NCBI GenBank assembly: GCA_965112735.1
Contig: OZ218953.1
Location: 5,456,001 to 5,520,000, forward strand
Direction of reading: 5' to 3'
Origin: Phaeosaccion multiseriatum
Taxonomy: Eukaryota; Protista; Ochrophyta, other classes
Length of the DNA: 64,000 nt
How positions within the stretch are numbered: position 1 is the first letter of the stretch; every line of letters begins with the position of its first letter. A model generated the notes under the pieces. That model saw only the letters and a program-made list of their open reading frames with translations, searched no databases and had not been told where the DNA came from. A program made the translations under genes and the position numbers. Below, piece by piece: positions 11,343 through 22,603 of the stretch.

Positions 11343-13495
11343 ATGGGCGGGGGCGATGTGTTACGACTCATTGGGAGGGTGCTGAGGGGTATCATCTCGC
11401 TATTGAAGGCGACGGTGAGGAAGCTCCTTGAAGCGGACAATGCCTGGCTCTTCGTCTTCCTCCCGGCGTTAGTGTGCTACATATCCATCCTGAATAGGAA
11501 GCTGAACTTCAAGAGAGAGGTGGGGCATGGCGTCGAATTCCTCTTTCCAGAGATGGAGGACTTCATCCGGAGAGAAGACGCAAAGATCGAGGTCGTGACG
11601 GAGGGGCTCAGTCGGCCAGAGGGGCCTCTGTGGGTATACGATGAAGACGTGAGTACCGGAGCAGCAGGGGGGGGGGCACAGTGGGGAGAGGCCAGCTGCT
11701 GATACAGCATGTGTGCAGAGGAGTGGGTGGGAGCAGGATAGCAGTACGGAGGGGCTGATGGGGGCAGATGAGTGGCAGAGGACACGGATCTTGTCTGTGA
11801 ATGATGCAGCGTGCTTCACGGACATCGGATCGGCTTCCCTTCCTCTCTCCTCCCCCTACTCTCTTTGGTTGTTGACCGTATAGCTCGCAACCCTCTTCCC
11901 CCATCCCTCCTGTTTGAATGTGCACAGGGAGAGCGGAGCTTTCTCCTCTTTTCCGATGTGAGGGAGAATCGGATGTGGAAGTGGGAGGAGGGATTCGGCT
12001 TCTTTACCATCGGAAGATCTCTCTTCCAAGAGCAGAGTGGCTGCAGCGGCGACGATCAGCGCTGCACCGAGCTGGAGGAGCCCGGTTCCAATGGCATGGC
12101 GCAGATGCTCGACTCAAAGGGTGAGTACTACTACTCCTGCTGCTCCTCCCTTTTTGTTCCATGCTGAGCTGCGGGCTCCACCGGTGTACTCCTCACCGCC
12201 CCTTCTCTCCTACTACCGCACTGCGCCACCCTGTCAGCCTACCTGGTGTGTGAGCACGGGAACAGGCGAGTCGTGCGTTTGGAGACCAACGGCACCAAGG
12301 CGGCAGTGGCCACGCACTACGAGGGGCGGCCCCTCAACAGTCCCAATGACCTTGCGCAGAACAGCTATGGTGAGTGAGTGAGTCAGCTCCACGTGCCTCG
12401 CTGCTCGGCCCACGGGTACAAGAGTAAAGAGTGCAACGCCATTCGTGACCACTGACCATTGGTTTTGGTGATGTCTCAGTTGCTGTGTTCACTCAAAGGA
12501 CTCCACATTGGTCTATCTAATTCTCTGCTTCTGCCTGCTCCCCTTGTTCAGGCGACGTGTACTTTACAGACCTGGCCACGAGTCAAGGGACGGAGAAGGA
12601 TGGACCGAAGCTGGCTAATGCAGTTTACATGGTACGGAGGGAAGTTCTGGAGACAGTTGGGAGTGGCAGCAGCGGCAGCAGCAGGCCTCATAATGACCTG
12701 GAGGAGCGACAGGAAGCCGTGGAGAGGCTCGACATCGGTAAGAGGCAAACGGTGCACAGGGATGGACGGGAGCGGAAGCATAAGAAGGGAAAAACTCTTG
12801 TGTTATCGAGTTCTGACCATGGGTTTTCCATCCACCCGCTTCCTCTGTTCCCTTTCGGCCTGCCCGCAGACGTGCCGTACCCCAACGGCCTGGCCTTCTC
12901 TCCAGACTTCAAGAGGATGTACGTGTCCAACAGCGACAAGGACAACGGCTTCTGGAACGTCTATGACGTGGCGCAAGATGGACGGTGAGCGAGGGAGGGA
13001 GGGGAGCGGGTTTAGGGTTTGGGGAGGCCGTGCGCGGCGTTGTTCAGCAGCCCCACACTGCAAAAAAGATGGAAGATTCGCCGCACCCGTCATCTCTGCG
13101 CATGCTCCACCCACGCTCACTCCACGATGTTGTCCCCTTGGACTATTGCCCCGCCCCACCCCCCCCTCCCCCACTGCCCCAGACTCGTGAACGGGCGCTT
13201 GTTTGCCGACGCGCAGCCCTTGATCCGAGAGGACCGAGAGGGGCTCCCTGACGGGATAAAGGTGGACGAGAAGGGAAACGTCGTGTGTGCGGGGCCGGGG
13301 GGAGTGGTTGTGTTCGATAAGGACGGCAGGCACCTCGGCACCATCCGGACGGGGGTCGTAGCGGGGAACTTGGCCTTTGGAGGGGACGGATACTTGTACA
13401 TTTCGGCCGCACAGAGCATTCTCCGCATCAAAGTGTTGACGAAGGAGGCCAAGGCGAAGGGCGTCAAGAAGCGCCCCCCCGTCAAGAAGGGGTGA
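11343..13495 (+). CDS. SMP-30/gluconolactonase/LRE family beta-propeller with N-terminal membrane anchor, multi-exon
   Basis: Motifs EGPLWV, LLFSDV, PGSNG, VCEHGNRRV, LNSPNDL, PNGLAFSPD, PDGIKVDEKGN and NLAFGGDG occur in order across GT-AG exons. Confidence 0.9.
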
Positions 13496-14651
13496 GGCGT
13501 GGGGCATGATGAGGCTCATTCTGGGCATGGATGGACCTTGAAAGACAGTGGTCAGCATGAAGAGGGTGGGAGACGCGAATGGGTAACATCCCGCCCCCCG
13601 GTGTTCTCCCTGCTGCACCTACGTGGGAGTACGTGCAGCCGATGGAGCTCACATGGCAATCGAGAGACGGGAGAGGGGAGGAGAGAGCCCGCTCTGTGCG
13701 GATAGTGGCGAGGGAGCAGCGCAGAGTAGGCAAGGACTGAGTGGGAACACCCCGGCCCTCGGTAGAGGAGGACAGCGAGGGTCGATTGGTTGGGCCATGC
13801 TCGCCGCGGGGGAGGGCCCAAGCGCTTGGGCTTGGGAAGTGCTTGGGCTTTCTTGGGCCCGGTCGGCGTGTCGGCGTGCGTCCCCTCCCCGCCCCTCCAG
13901 TGAGGCATGCAGTGAGGCATGTATCTCCGGCGTTGGGCACCATTCCTTTTCTCAGAGCAGACGGCAGAGAGCACACTTCTCTGAACGCGGCGCATGTCAG
14001 AAAATCTCCGCGGATGATTCGAGCCCCGACTTGCCAATGGCCGCCGCTCACGGCGGCTTGTGGGTGTATTGAAGCAAACGGCATGCCTTGTTGCCCTGCC
14101 GTGAGGTCGTCAGCGCACCCACTGCCCAGAGCATTGCGGTGGGGCTGTGACTGCGTTGTGAGCGGCAACGGAGGGGAGGCGCACTGACACGTGTTGTTCG
14201 CTCTGCTTTGCTTTGCTCTGCTGCTGCGCGGGGCGTGGGTCCACAGCCCCCCTCAGGCGTTGTGCAGTGCGGCGTGCAGCACCACGGGAGGAGGAGAGAG
14301 GGGCTTGTGCAGTGCAGCACCCTCAGGCTCTGTATCGGCGCCAGTCGGGGTGGGTGGACGGCTGCTCTCGTAGGGCCACGGGAAACCCTTCGGAAGCGGG
14401 GCTTTTACATAGGTTTTTTACTTACTTACATACATAGGTTTTTTCGAATCCTAATTTTCCCATCGTATTCATGGAACGTGGCGGAATGTGTGGCGGAGTG
14501 CGGTGGGGCCGCACCGCCACCCCGCGGAACGTCCTTGTCCTTGTCCGCTTCGCAGAGCCTTGACCACCTCGCGCCTCTGACGAGATGGCCGTGTGGATCG
14601 AGTGCCTTCCTTCTGCTGCCTTCGTGGTGTGTCATGTACCGATCTGCCGGT

Positions 14652-15812
14652 CTACCGGCCTCCAGGGACGCTGAGGGCCTTGAGGCAATGTCTTGCGAGC
14701 TCGGGCATGGTGATGACCGGGCTGCCGTCACTGGAGGACGACGCGATCTTCTCGATGGCGCGGTGAAGCTCGTTCACGTGCAAGGGGAAGCGCTCCAGCA
14801 ACAGCCCAGGGTCGTTGTTGAGAGTCACGATCATCTGCGTGTTGCGAATGTATCATTGGGCGGCAACGGGGTGCGATTATACATCCAATGGAGGTACTTG
14901 GTACTCCTTTGCCAAGCGTCATAATAACGCAGGAGGCACCCGTTAAGCACGACAACAGCGACTGACTGACCTGTGCCGCGGATACCTTGCCGCCTCCGCC
15001 AGGGAGCGGCTCCACAGCGCTAAAGATCTCCTGCAGCAAGGCCTGCGGGGGTTGGGATAGATGCAGCGAAGCGGTGGGGAAGGTCGATAACGAGGAGCGG
15101 AAATCAGTGGGAGGAGACGTCATTCATTCTGAAAGACAAAGAAAGGCAATATGGGAGCCTGAAAGCCAGAGCTAACGAGGTTGCCGTCGTTCTATACGGC
15201 CAACAGCACTCTACCTTCTTTTCCTCGTGTGTTCTCTCGTCCATATACTTGGCTTTGACGTCCTCTGTCCGAAGGTCTGGCAAGGGCTCGGCCTCCACCT
15301 TCCTGAAGGGGTGCTTGGCCGCTTCCCCGAGCAGGAAGTCTATCGGGTCGTCTGGGCGCTCTAGCAGAACCCTGACCATGAGCGAGAAAATGAGGAGAAA
15401 GTTGGAGCGAAAGGAAGGGACAAACACAGGTAAGGAAGAAGCGAGGTGTGCAGGGATGTAGCCAGAGCCGCTCAGCCTCTGAGGTTACCCTGCCCCCCCC
15501 CCCCCCACGGCGGGATCGGCTCTATCCTATGCCAATGTCGCCAAACCGACACTCAGCTCCGAGCTAAACACACACAGACCCTATCCTCCTGGTCTTGCGC
15601 CTGGATTTCCCTCTTCGGGATGTCACACCTCGCGTCTCTTCGGCTCTCTGGACTCACCTCTTGAGGTACTCCTGCATCATGCCCTGCAGGTCAATCCTCT
15701 CCGCGTAGAGAGCCATATCCTCCATCAGCACCTCGCTGGCAGGAAGGCTGATAGGGGCTTTGACTGGGCGTAATCGCGCCCCTGGCTGTGAAGTTTTCGA
15801 CTGCTGCTCCAT
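14652..15812 (-). CDS. Small protein with an RIIa/Dpy-30-like docking domain (possibly flagellar), 4 exons
   Basis: YAERIDLQGMMQEYLKR|VLLERPDDPIDFL matches the D/D-domain pattern. Further exons ALLQEIFSAVE.. and MIVTLNNDPGLLLERFP.. Confidence 0.65.
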
Positions 15813-16350
15813 CCTGCACGCGAGAGAGGTCCACTGCGGCTCCTCTCCTGCCCTCTTTTTGTTCCCCAAGATCTGCTTCAGCTGGTGGTACTGCTGCTAT
15901 TCTTCGGGCGTACACGATTCTGCTGCTAGATATATCCCCACCCCGACGGCACGACTTGTCTGTCTATAAGGGTGGCGAGAACACCAAGACAGACACAGAA
16001 AAAAAGTGCACTAAACCGTTAGGAATACGAGGTGTCAGGACCGGTTTTTTGTCGGCCTTTTCCCACTCTCTCTGCTTTCTCTCTCCCTCTCGCTCTCTCC
16101 TCTACTTCCTCGCCAGCTTTGTCCCCGGGTCAGTCTTGAAGCAGTTTGGAGAGGGTTCGACCACCAACAGTACCAAGGACGATCGGCTCCAGCGGGGAGG
16201 GGCACAGGATACAAAGGATCGGGGAGGCGAGTTTTTACTCACTTTGGCATCGAGGAGGAGCTGAGGGGCCAGTCAACAGTGGTAGGAGCCCTCGACCTGC
16301 AGATCGGGTGTTAGAGTAGGCTCGGAGGCGCCCCTGGCACCAGCGTAGCC

Positions 16351-16961
16351 ATGGATCTGGAGAGCAGCGAGCAGCTGGCCTTCATTCCCGTGCAGGTCGA
16401 GAGCATCCTGATGGGCGCAATCGAGGCCGTGCTAAAGAACCAAGTGTACGACGAGCCCAAGGTCCCGCACTGGGTGAACAGCATCTGCGATCGGTGCGTG
16501 AAGGAGCTGAACGAGCTGCACAAGCCCTTCAAGTACGTTGTGAGCTGCGCGATTGTGCAGAAGAACGGCGCAGGGTTGCACACGGCACACAGCGCCTATT
16601 GGGACGTCAGCAACGACAACATGTGCCAGGTAAGCTGTTCTACTCTGTAGGGAAAAGAGCTTTGACACGGTCAGGTCTGCGAATGTCATTCTGTAGGCAA
16701 GGGAGCTGTAACTCGCGGGCGCAGCGTGACGCAAGAGGAGTAGCCAGCCCCTTGAGGCAAGCCTAGGCACCCATAGGATCGAGTGCTGAGCGATGATCCC
16801 CCTCTGTCTGAGCCCTAACGGCTGTGGCCTCCATCTGCTTGTGCTGTTTGCTGCCTTTTGCCCTTCGTTCTACTCAGGTGTTTTGGCCAACAGAAAAGAT
16901 GCGAGAGCAACAGGGCAGCCGCATGAAGGTCATCGTCACGACTTTCGGCTTGACCTTATGA
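16351..16961 (+). CDS. DYNLT1: Dynein light chain Tctex-type 1 (2 exons: 16351-16629, 16878-16961)
   Basis: EAVLKNQVYDEPKVPHWVNSICDRCVKEL..KPFKYVVSCAIVQKNGAGLHTAHSAYWD is the Tctex-1 signature. The second exon ends ..IVTTFGLTL*. Confidence 0.92.
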
Positions 16962-17200
16962 TGGCATTGTATCACTTAATTCACATGTTAGTATCATACT
17001 TCCCTTGCTTCAATACTTACTTCGACAAAGCCCCTCCGCCGCGGAGGAGGCGACGGACTCAGTCTGCACTGCTTGTTGTCCGCGAGCACTAGCACTTATC
17101 CCCCCTGGACGTACATGATGCTACACAGAGGCCCCGCTTTGCTCTGCTCTGCTCGCACCACCTGCCCCTCCCCCCTCACCATGGCTCTTTGTCCATGACC

Positions 17201-20200
17201 TCACCATGGCTCTTTGTCCATGACCCGCTCCCCCGTGAGGCTCCAGGGCCTGGTCTCTGTGATCTTGACGTGCACCAGCTTGCCCTGCAGCTCGCCGATG
17301 TCTCCGTTGAAGAACACGGGCCTGTTTTGCCGATTGCGCCCCATCACCTGTAGTGGCAGTGTGTGTGTGTGTGTGAAGGCGCACAGAAGAGAAGAGTGGC
17401 GAATGTTTCCGATCCCACCTCTCTGTCAGGACACTCCTCCCTCCCCCTCCTCCTCCTCCTCCTCCTCCTCCTCCTTCTCCTCCTCCTCCTCTCTCCTTCC
17501 TCTGTTCTCCTTCGCCCCTTGGCCGTGGCCCTGCAGTGCCGAAGTAATCTCAGAGCAACTCACTGACCTGCGAGGGGTTCTTGATATTGCGCTGCTCCAC
17601 GAGAACCTCCTCCACCTGCGGGGAGGGAACACGTGGCAATCGGTGGGGCAGAAAGGCATTCAGAGAGTTGCAAATTGCACGTTGCCCTCAGCGCAAACTG
17701 AGGTCATTTGGGCGTTCAGGGGGCTGCACAAAGACAAAGTATGAAAAAGAGGCGAGGGAGGGCCATAGGATACAAGCAAGCGTCCCCCAAGAAGGAAGGA
17801 AGGAAGGAAGGAAGAACCGAAGGCCCCCCCCTTTGCTCTGACGTACCCTGCCCAGGTACCGCTCGCTCCTCTCCGTGGCGTGCTGCGTGCCCAGGCGCTG
17901 CACCTTCTGCAGCCGCTCGCTGGACACGTCTTCAGGGACTTGGTTGGTCCACAGGGCCGCCTCAGTGCTGGGCACATACGGCAAAAGCAAGGGCAAGGCA
18001 AGAACGGCAAAGTCAGAAGAGTCGCAAGCGGCATCGCGCGGTGTCTCATGCATTACATATTTATACATACATATAAACATACGCTTTACATACATATACA
18101 AGGAGGGGGCTGAAAGGGACGAAGTACTTACCCCGGGCGCTGGCTGTACATGTATGAGTTCAGATTGTCGAACTTGACCGTCTGCACAGCACGAATGAGA
18201 AGAACGTTACAGAGGGTAGCAGAGACAGAAAGAAGTGAAGAAGGTGTGAGCGCTATCCACGGCGGCTTGTTGACTGCACGGAGGGTGAAGATAAAAGGAA
18301 GGAAGGGAGGAAGGAAGCGGCGGGGTTCGAGAGAGGCCCTGCTCTACCCAAAGAGCAGCGCTCGGCATGGACCATCGAAGGGCCCAAACGAAAGGAAGGA
18401 GGTGGAAGGAGGGAGGGAAGGAGGTGGCCACCCATCGAATAGACCAATCGAAAGGAAGGAGGGAGGGAAGGAGACTTTCAGCTGCCGTACCTCCATGAGG
18501 TCGAGCGTCCTTTGGAACTGCTCCTCCGTCTCGCCCGGGAAGCCCACAATGACATCGCCGCAAATAGAGGCGTCAGGGCTCAGCCTCTTGATGCGGTTGA
18601 TGATCTTCATGTAAGATTCCCATGTATAGCCCCGACGCATGCCCTGAGGGAGGGAGGGAGGGAGGGAGGGGGAAGAGAGGGAGGGAGAGCGGGAGGGAGA
18701 GCGGGAGGGAGGGAGGGGGAAGAGAGGGAGTGAGGGCGCGACGGGGGAGAGGGGGAGGGAGGGGGGAGAGAGGGAGGGAAGGAGGGGGAAGAGAGGGAGG
18801 GATCATTTGTGCGGAGGGAGGCACGGAAAGTCATAGCGTACAGGAAAGGATGACGCAAAGCAAGTAAAGCATCGCAAACCTTCAGGACAGAGTTGTCGCC
18901 GCTCTGGAAGGGCACGAAGAAGCACTCCATCAGCTTGGGCAGCGAGGCCACCGCATCCACCACCCTCTCGGACATGTAGCGGGGGTGAGAAGTCACGAAG
19001 CGGATGCGCTCGATGCCCTCCACGTCATGCACGTAGTGCAGAAGGTCCGCGAAGGTCTGCTTCGGCACCATGTCTCGCCCTGGCCAGCCGGAGAGAGGGA
19101 GAGAGGGAGAGAGGGAGGGAGTGAGGGAGGCGGCCGCTGGGTCAGGCCTTGATTGATCGGGCCCGAAAGGCCAACCACAGCAAGCCAACATTCCAGTCTT
19201 GGGGGGGGGGAGCACTCCTTCCTTCCCCTTCTTCGACGGCCCATTCCCGGCCTGCCTCCGCTAGTGTGTCGCTCGGACATCACTGCCTCACTGTCTCACC
19301 ATAGGCGTCGACGTTCTGACCGAGGAGGGTAATCTGGAGGGAGGGAGGGAGGGAGGGAGGGAGGGAGTGGAGGGGAGGGGGAAGGGGAAGTGAGTGGTGA
19401 GAGAACAAGGCGCTCTATTCATTCCCACTACACTCACTGCCTTGCAGAAAAAAAAGAAGCCCCCTCCTCTACGAGCCAAGCGAGGAGCTTGCCTCACCCT
19501 CACCTCTCTGTACCCTTGGCGTGCAAGTTCCTCAATCTCCTGTCGGATACTCTCCCTCGGCCTGCTCTGCTCCACGCCTCTCACGCCGGGAACCACACAG
19601 TAGGTACACCGCTCGTTGCAGCCGTAGATAATGTTCACTGAGCGAGGGGGTGTAGTAAGTCAGTGGCAGTGGATGAGATGGGCAGATTGACAACACCAAA
19701 GGGAAAGAAAAAAAACAAGAAAAAAAGGCACAGGTGAGAAGACATCCACCCCTCCATCCATCCACTGCCATCCACCCACACACACCCACACCCACCCATT
19801 GACATATTACACCCCCCCGTTCCACTGACCCCATGCGCATGTATCGCTGCTCCTTCGTGGCTTGCTGATGTCCTCCATGATGAGGGTAGGGTCTGTGGCC
19901 ACGACCTGAGGGGAGGGGGGAGGAAGAGGAGTCACACAGACAGACAGACAGACAGAGAGAGAGAGAGACTACATCCATCCTTTCCACGACCCACAGGAGT
20001 GCATTGCTTCCCTGCATCCAGCCCCTCATGTGTCCCGGGGGGCAGAGGGTTGGAGGATTCGTGAGCAAGCCCCCTGGCCCTGACTATGTATCATCGTCTC
20101 TATATATGACTTCGAGGTACTAAGAAGTACCTGGTTTCCATTCCGAACATCTTCCAGCAGGTCCGCCAGGCGGTTGGCGTACTGCTCGGCGGCAGGCAAG

Positions 20201-22444
20201 GCCCCCCCCGAGCAGGCAAGTTTGGAAGCAAGCAGAGTCAGGGCATAGACAGGCAAGTTTTGTAAGCCCTGTAAGCCTGACCGCCCTTGCAGACAACAGC
20301 AGTAGCAGCAGCGAGAAAAGACAACTAAAGCGTGACGGAGGCGAAGGCGGAGGGACTACACAACACACCACCACAAGAGAAGCCAAGCCAAGCCAACCCC
20401 CCTGCCCACCTGGGGCCCCATGACGAGGTCAATCTCGGGCACCCTCCGGAGCAGCGCCTCCCCCTCTTGCTGCGCCACGCACCCCGCCACCACCAGCGCC
20501 ACGTCCTCTCCCTTGTGCTTCCTCTGCGTGAGCCCCCCCATGTAAGAGTACACCTTCTGCTCGGCCTTGTCCCTGCAGGCAGGGGCATGCCCGAACATCA
20601 ACATCGCCCAACGGTACGGCACGGAGCAAGGGGGGGGGGAAGGGAGAAGAAGGTGTGTGCGTGTGTGTGTGTGCATGTGTGAGTGAGTGTGCGTGTGCAG
20701 TCGAGTGCCCCTCCCTTTAAAAACGCCCTCCCCTCTCACAACACAACACAAGTACAGATGGAGGGGACCACTCCCTCCCTCGCTCCCTCACTCCCTCACT
20801 CACTCACTCACCCCACCACTCACATTCTCTTTCCCTTTCTCCCTCCCTTACTCACCCACTCGCTCCCTCTCCCCCTCCCTCTCTCCCTCCCTCACTGACC
20901 TGATGGTGCAAGTGTTGAGTACAACGACGTTTGCCTTCATGTTGTCCTCTGTCTTTGTGAGGCCCATGTCCATGAGCTGCCCCTCCATCCTCTCACTATC
21001 CGCTACGTTCATCTGGCAACCAAGCGTTTCTAAGTAGTAGGTACCAGCTTCGCCCTCCTGCAGCGCCGAGGGGAGAGAGGGAGGGGAAGACGAGAGGGGG
21101 GAGGAAGGGGGAGGGGAAGAGACACAAAAGGCGGAGACGTGAGAGAATGGCAGAGCAAGGCCGTGTAGAGAGAGGCAGAGAGAGAGATGGGCCAGAGTGA
21201 TAGAGCAGAGAGGAGGAGAGGGAGAGAGACAGACCCTCAACCCCCCCTTCCCCTATTCTCCGAAGCCTCTCCTCACCTCTCCTCGCAGAGTGGTCTTTGA
21301 GATGACGCCGGTGCCGGGAAGCTTGGACCTCATCCTCGACGTCGTTGTGGTCAGGGTGGTCATCACATCGTCGATCTGGGGGGGAGGGAGGTCCCGCAGG
21401 GAGGGACAGGAAGAACAGCGAGGGAGCGTTAGAGGGACTGTGCAAGAGCGCCTCCAACTCAGGCCAGGCAGACGCCGCAGGCTTATGTTGGCTTGACCAA
21501 GAGCCGCCTTGCCTTGCATCACACACAAAGGAAGGCTGCTGATTCTCCACCATAGTGTGAACGAAGAGTTAAATCCGTAGTTCTCACTGGCCAAAACTCA
21601 CTTTGATTACATGCACGCCCCGGGGCGACTCGCTGATGTACACGTCGCCAGGCTTGTAGGAAAACATAGCCTCTCTGGCCACCGCAGGCAGTAGCTCGTC
21701 TAGGTGATCGTCAGAGGGGGCGCACCACCCCACCTCTCCACCCTGGTGCAGGAAGGGGAGGGGGGGGTGAGCGGGCGACGGGTTCCCACATCATCTCCTC
21801 TCTGCGTGTTTCTATCCATTTCTTCCCTCCTCTCACCTTCCCCTTGGTTGCTTCGCAGCCGCTGATACCGGCCGCGAGCGTCTCAAAATCTGCGCCATGA
21901 GAGACCTTCAGAGAGAGAGAGAGTGTGTGTGAGAGAGAGACACACACATGGAGAGATAGATCATCTCATTGCGGTTGTGAGTCTCTTTGAAAGCGAAAGG
22001 GCTTACGTACCTGGCTCATGATCTCCATTGCCAGGTCCTGATTTTGGACGAGGATGTGCCTGATGTACATGGCCTTAACGTTGGTCATGTCCACGGTCTC
22101 CACGGCTGGGGGGGGGGGGGGAGGCGGGTAGGGTCAACTTCACGTTGAGGGGCAGAGAGGCACACACACATGCACACACCTTTGGTGGTGGCCCACGGCT
22201 TGTTCCTCAGAGGGGCGTTGATAACGGCGCTAGGCGAGTCATTTTCTGCCACAGCAGCCACGGCCAGCGCCGAGGGACAGTACGATCTCCCCAAAGCTCG
22301 TTTCCCTCCTCCTCCCCCACTGGTTCCTACTCTCCTCCCAAGTCCTGCACTCTGAATCCAGGCCGCTCCAGTGCTCAGAACTGCCGCTGTAGCTGTCACT
22401 CGTGCGAAGGCACACACCGAGCCTGGCGACCTTCTCCGCGCCAT
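17201..22444 (-). CDS. miaB: tRNA-2-methylthio-N6-dimethylallyladenosine synthase MiaB with an N-terminal parvulin (PpiC) domain, predicted plastid-targeted; many exons
   Basis: [18 protein letters not shown] and [15 protein letters not shown] (UPF0004 domain), [10 protein letters not shown], radical-SAM motif [46 protein letters not shown], and TRAM domain [17 protein letters not shown]. Stop at 17201. Confidence 0.93.
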
Positions 22445-22603
22445 ATTTTCTTCAGGGTGTTTGTGAGGAAGGGGAGGGAGGCCGTCCAGTGCCATCCGAA
22501 CCTTGAATCTTGCCCGCCGTCGACTTTTTTGGGAACCCCTCGATTTTTGATCTCGAGCGAAACCTTTTTCATTCATTATAAACCACTCGACTGCATGTAA
22601 TAG

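Noticed and set aside
14380-14461. AT-rich patch with gggaaa..tttccc ends as a MITE
   Set aside because: The inverted match is only 6 bp with no TSD. It could simply be a polyadenylation region between convergent genes.
13499-14650. Overlapping 150-240 aa ORFs between gluconolactonase and the RIIa-like gene (also 10327-11044)
   Set aside because: No domains or consistent splice structure. Expected from high GC content; likely UTR or intergenic.
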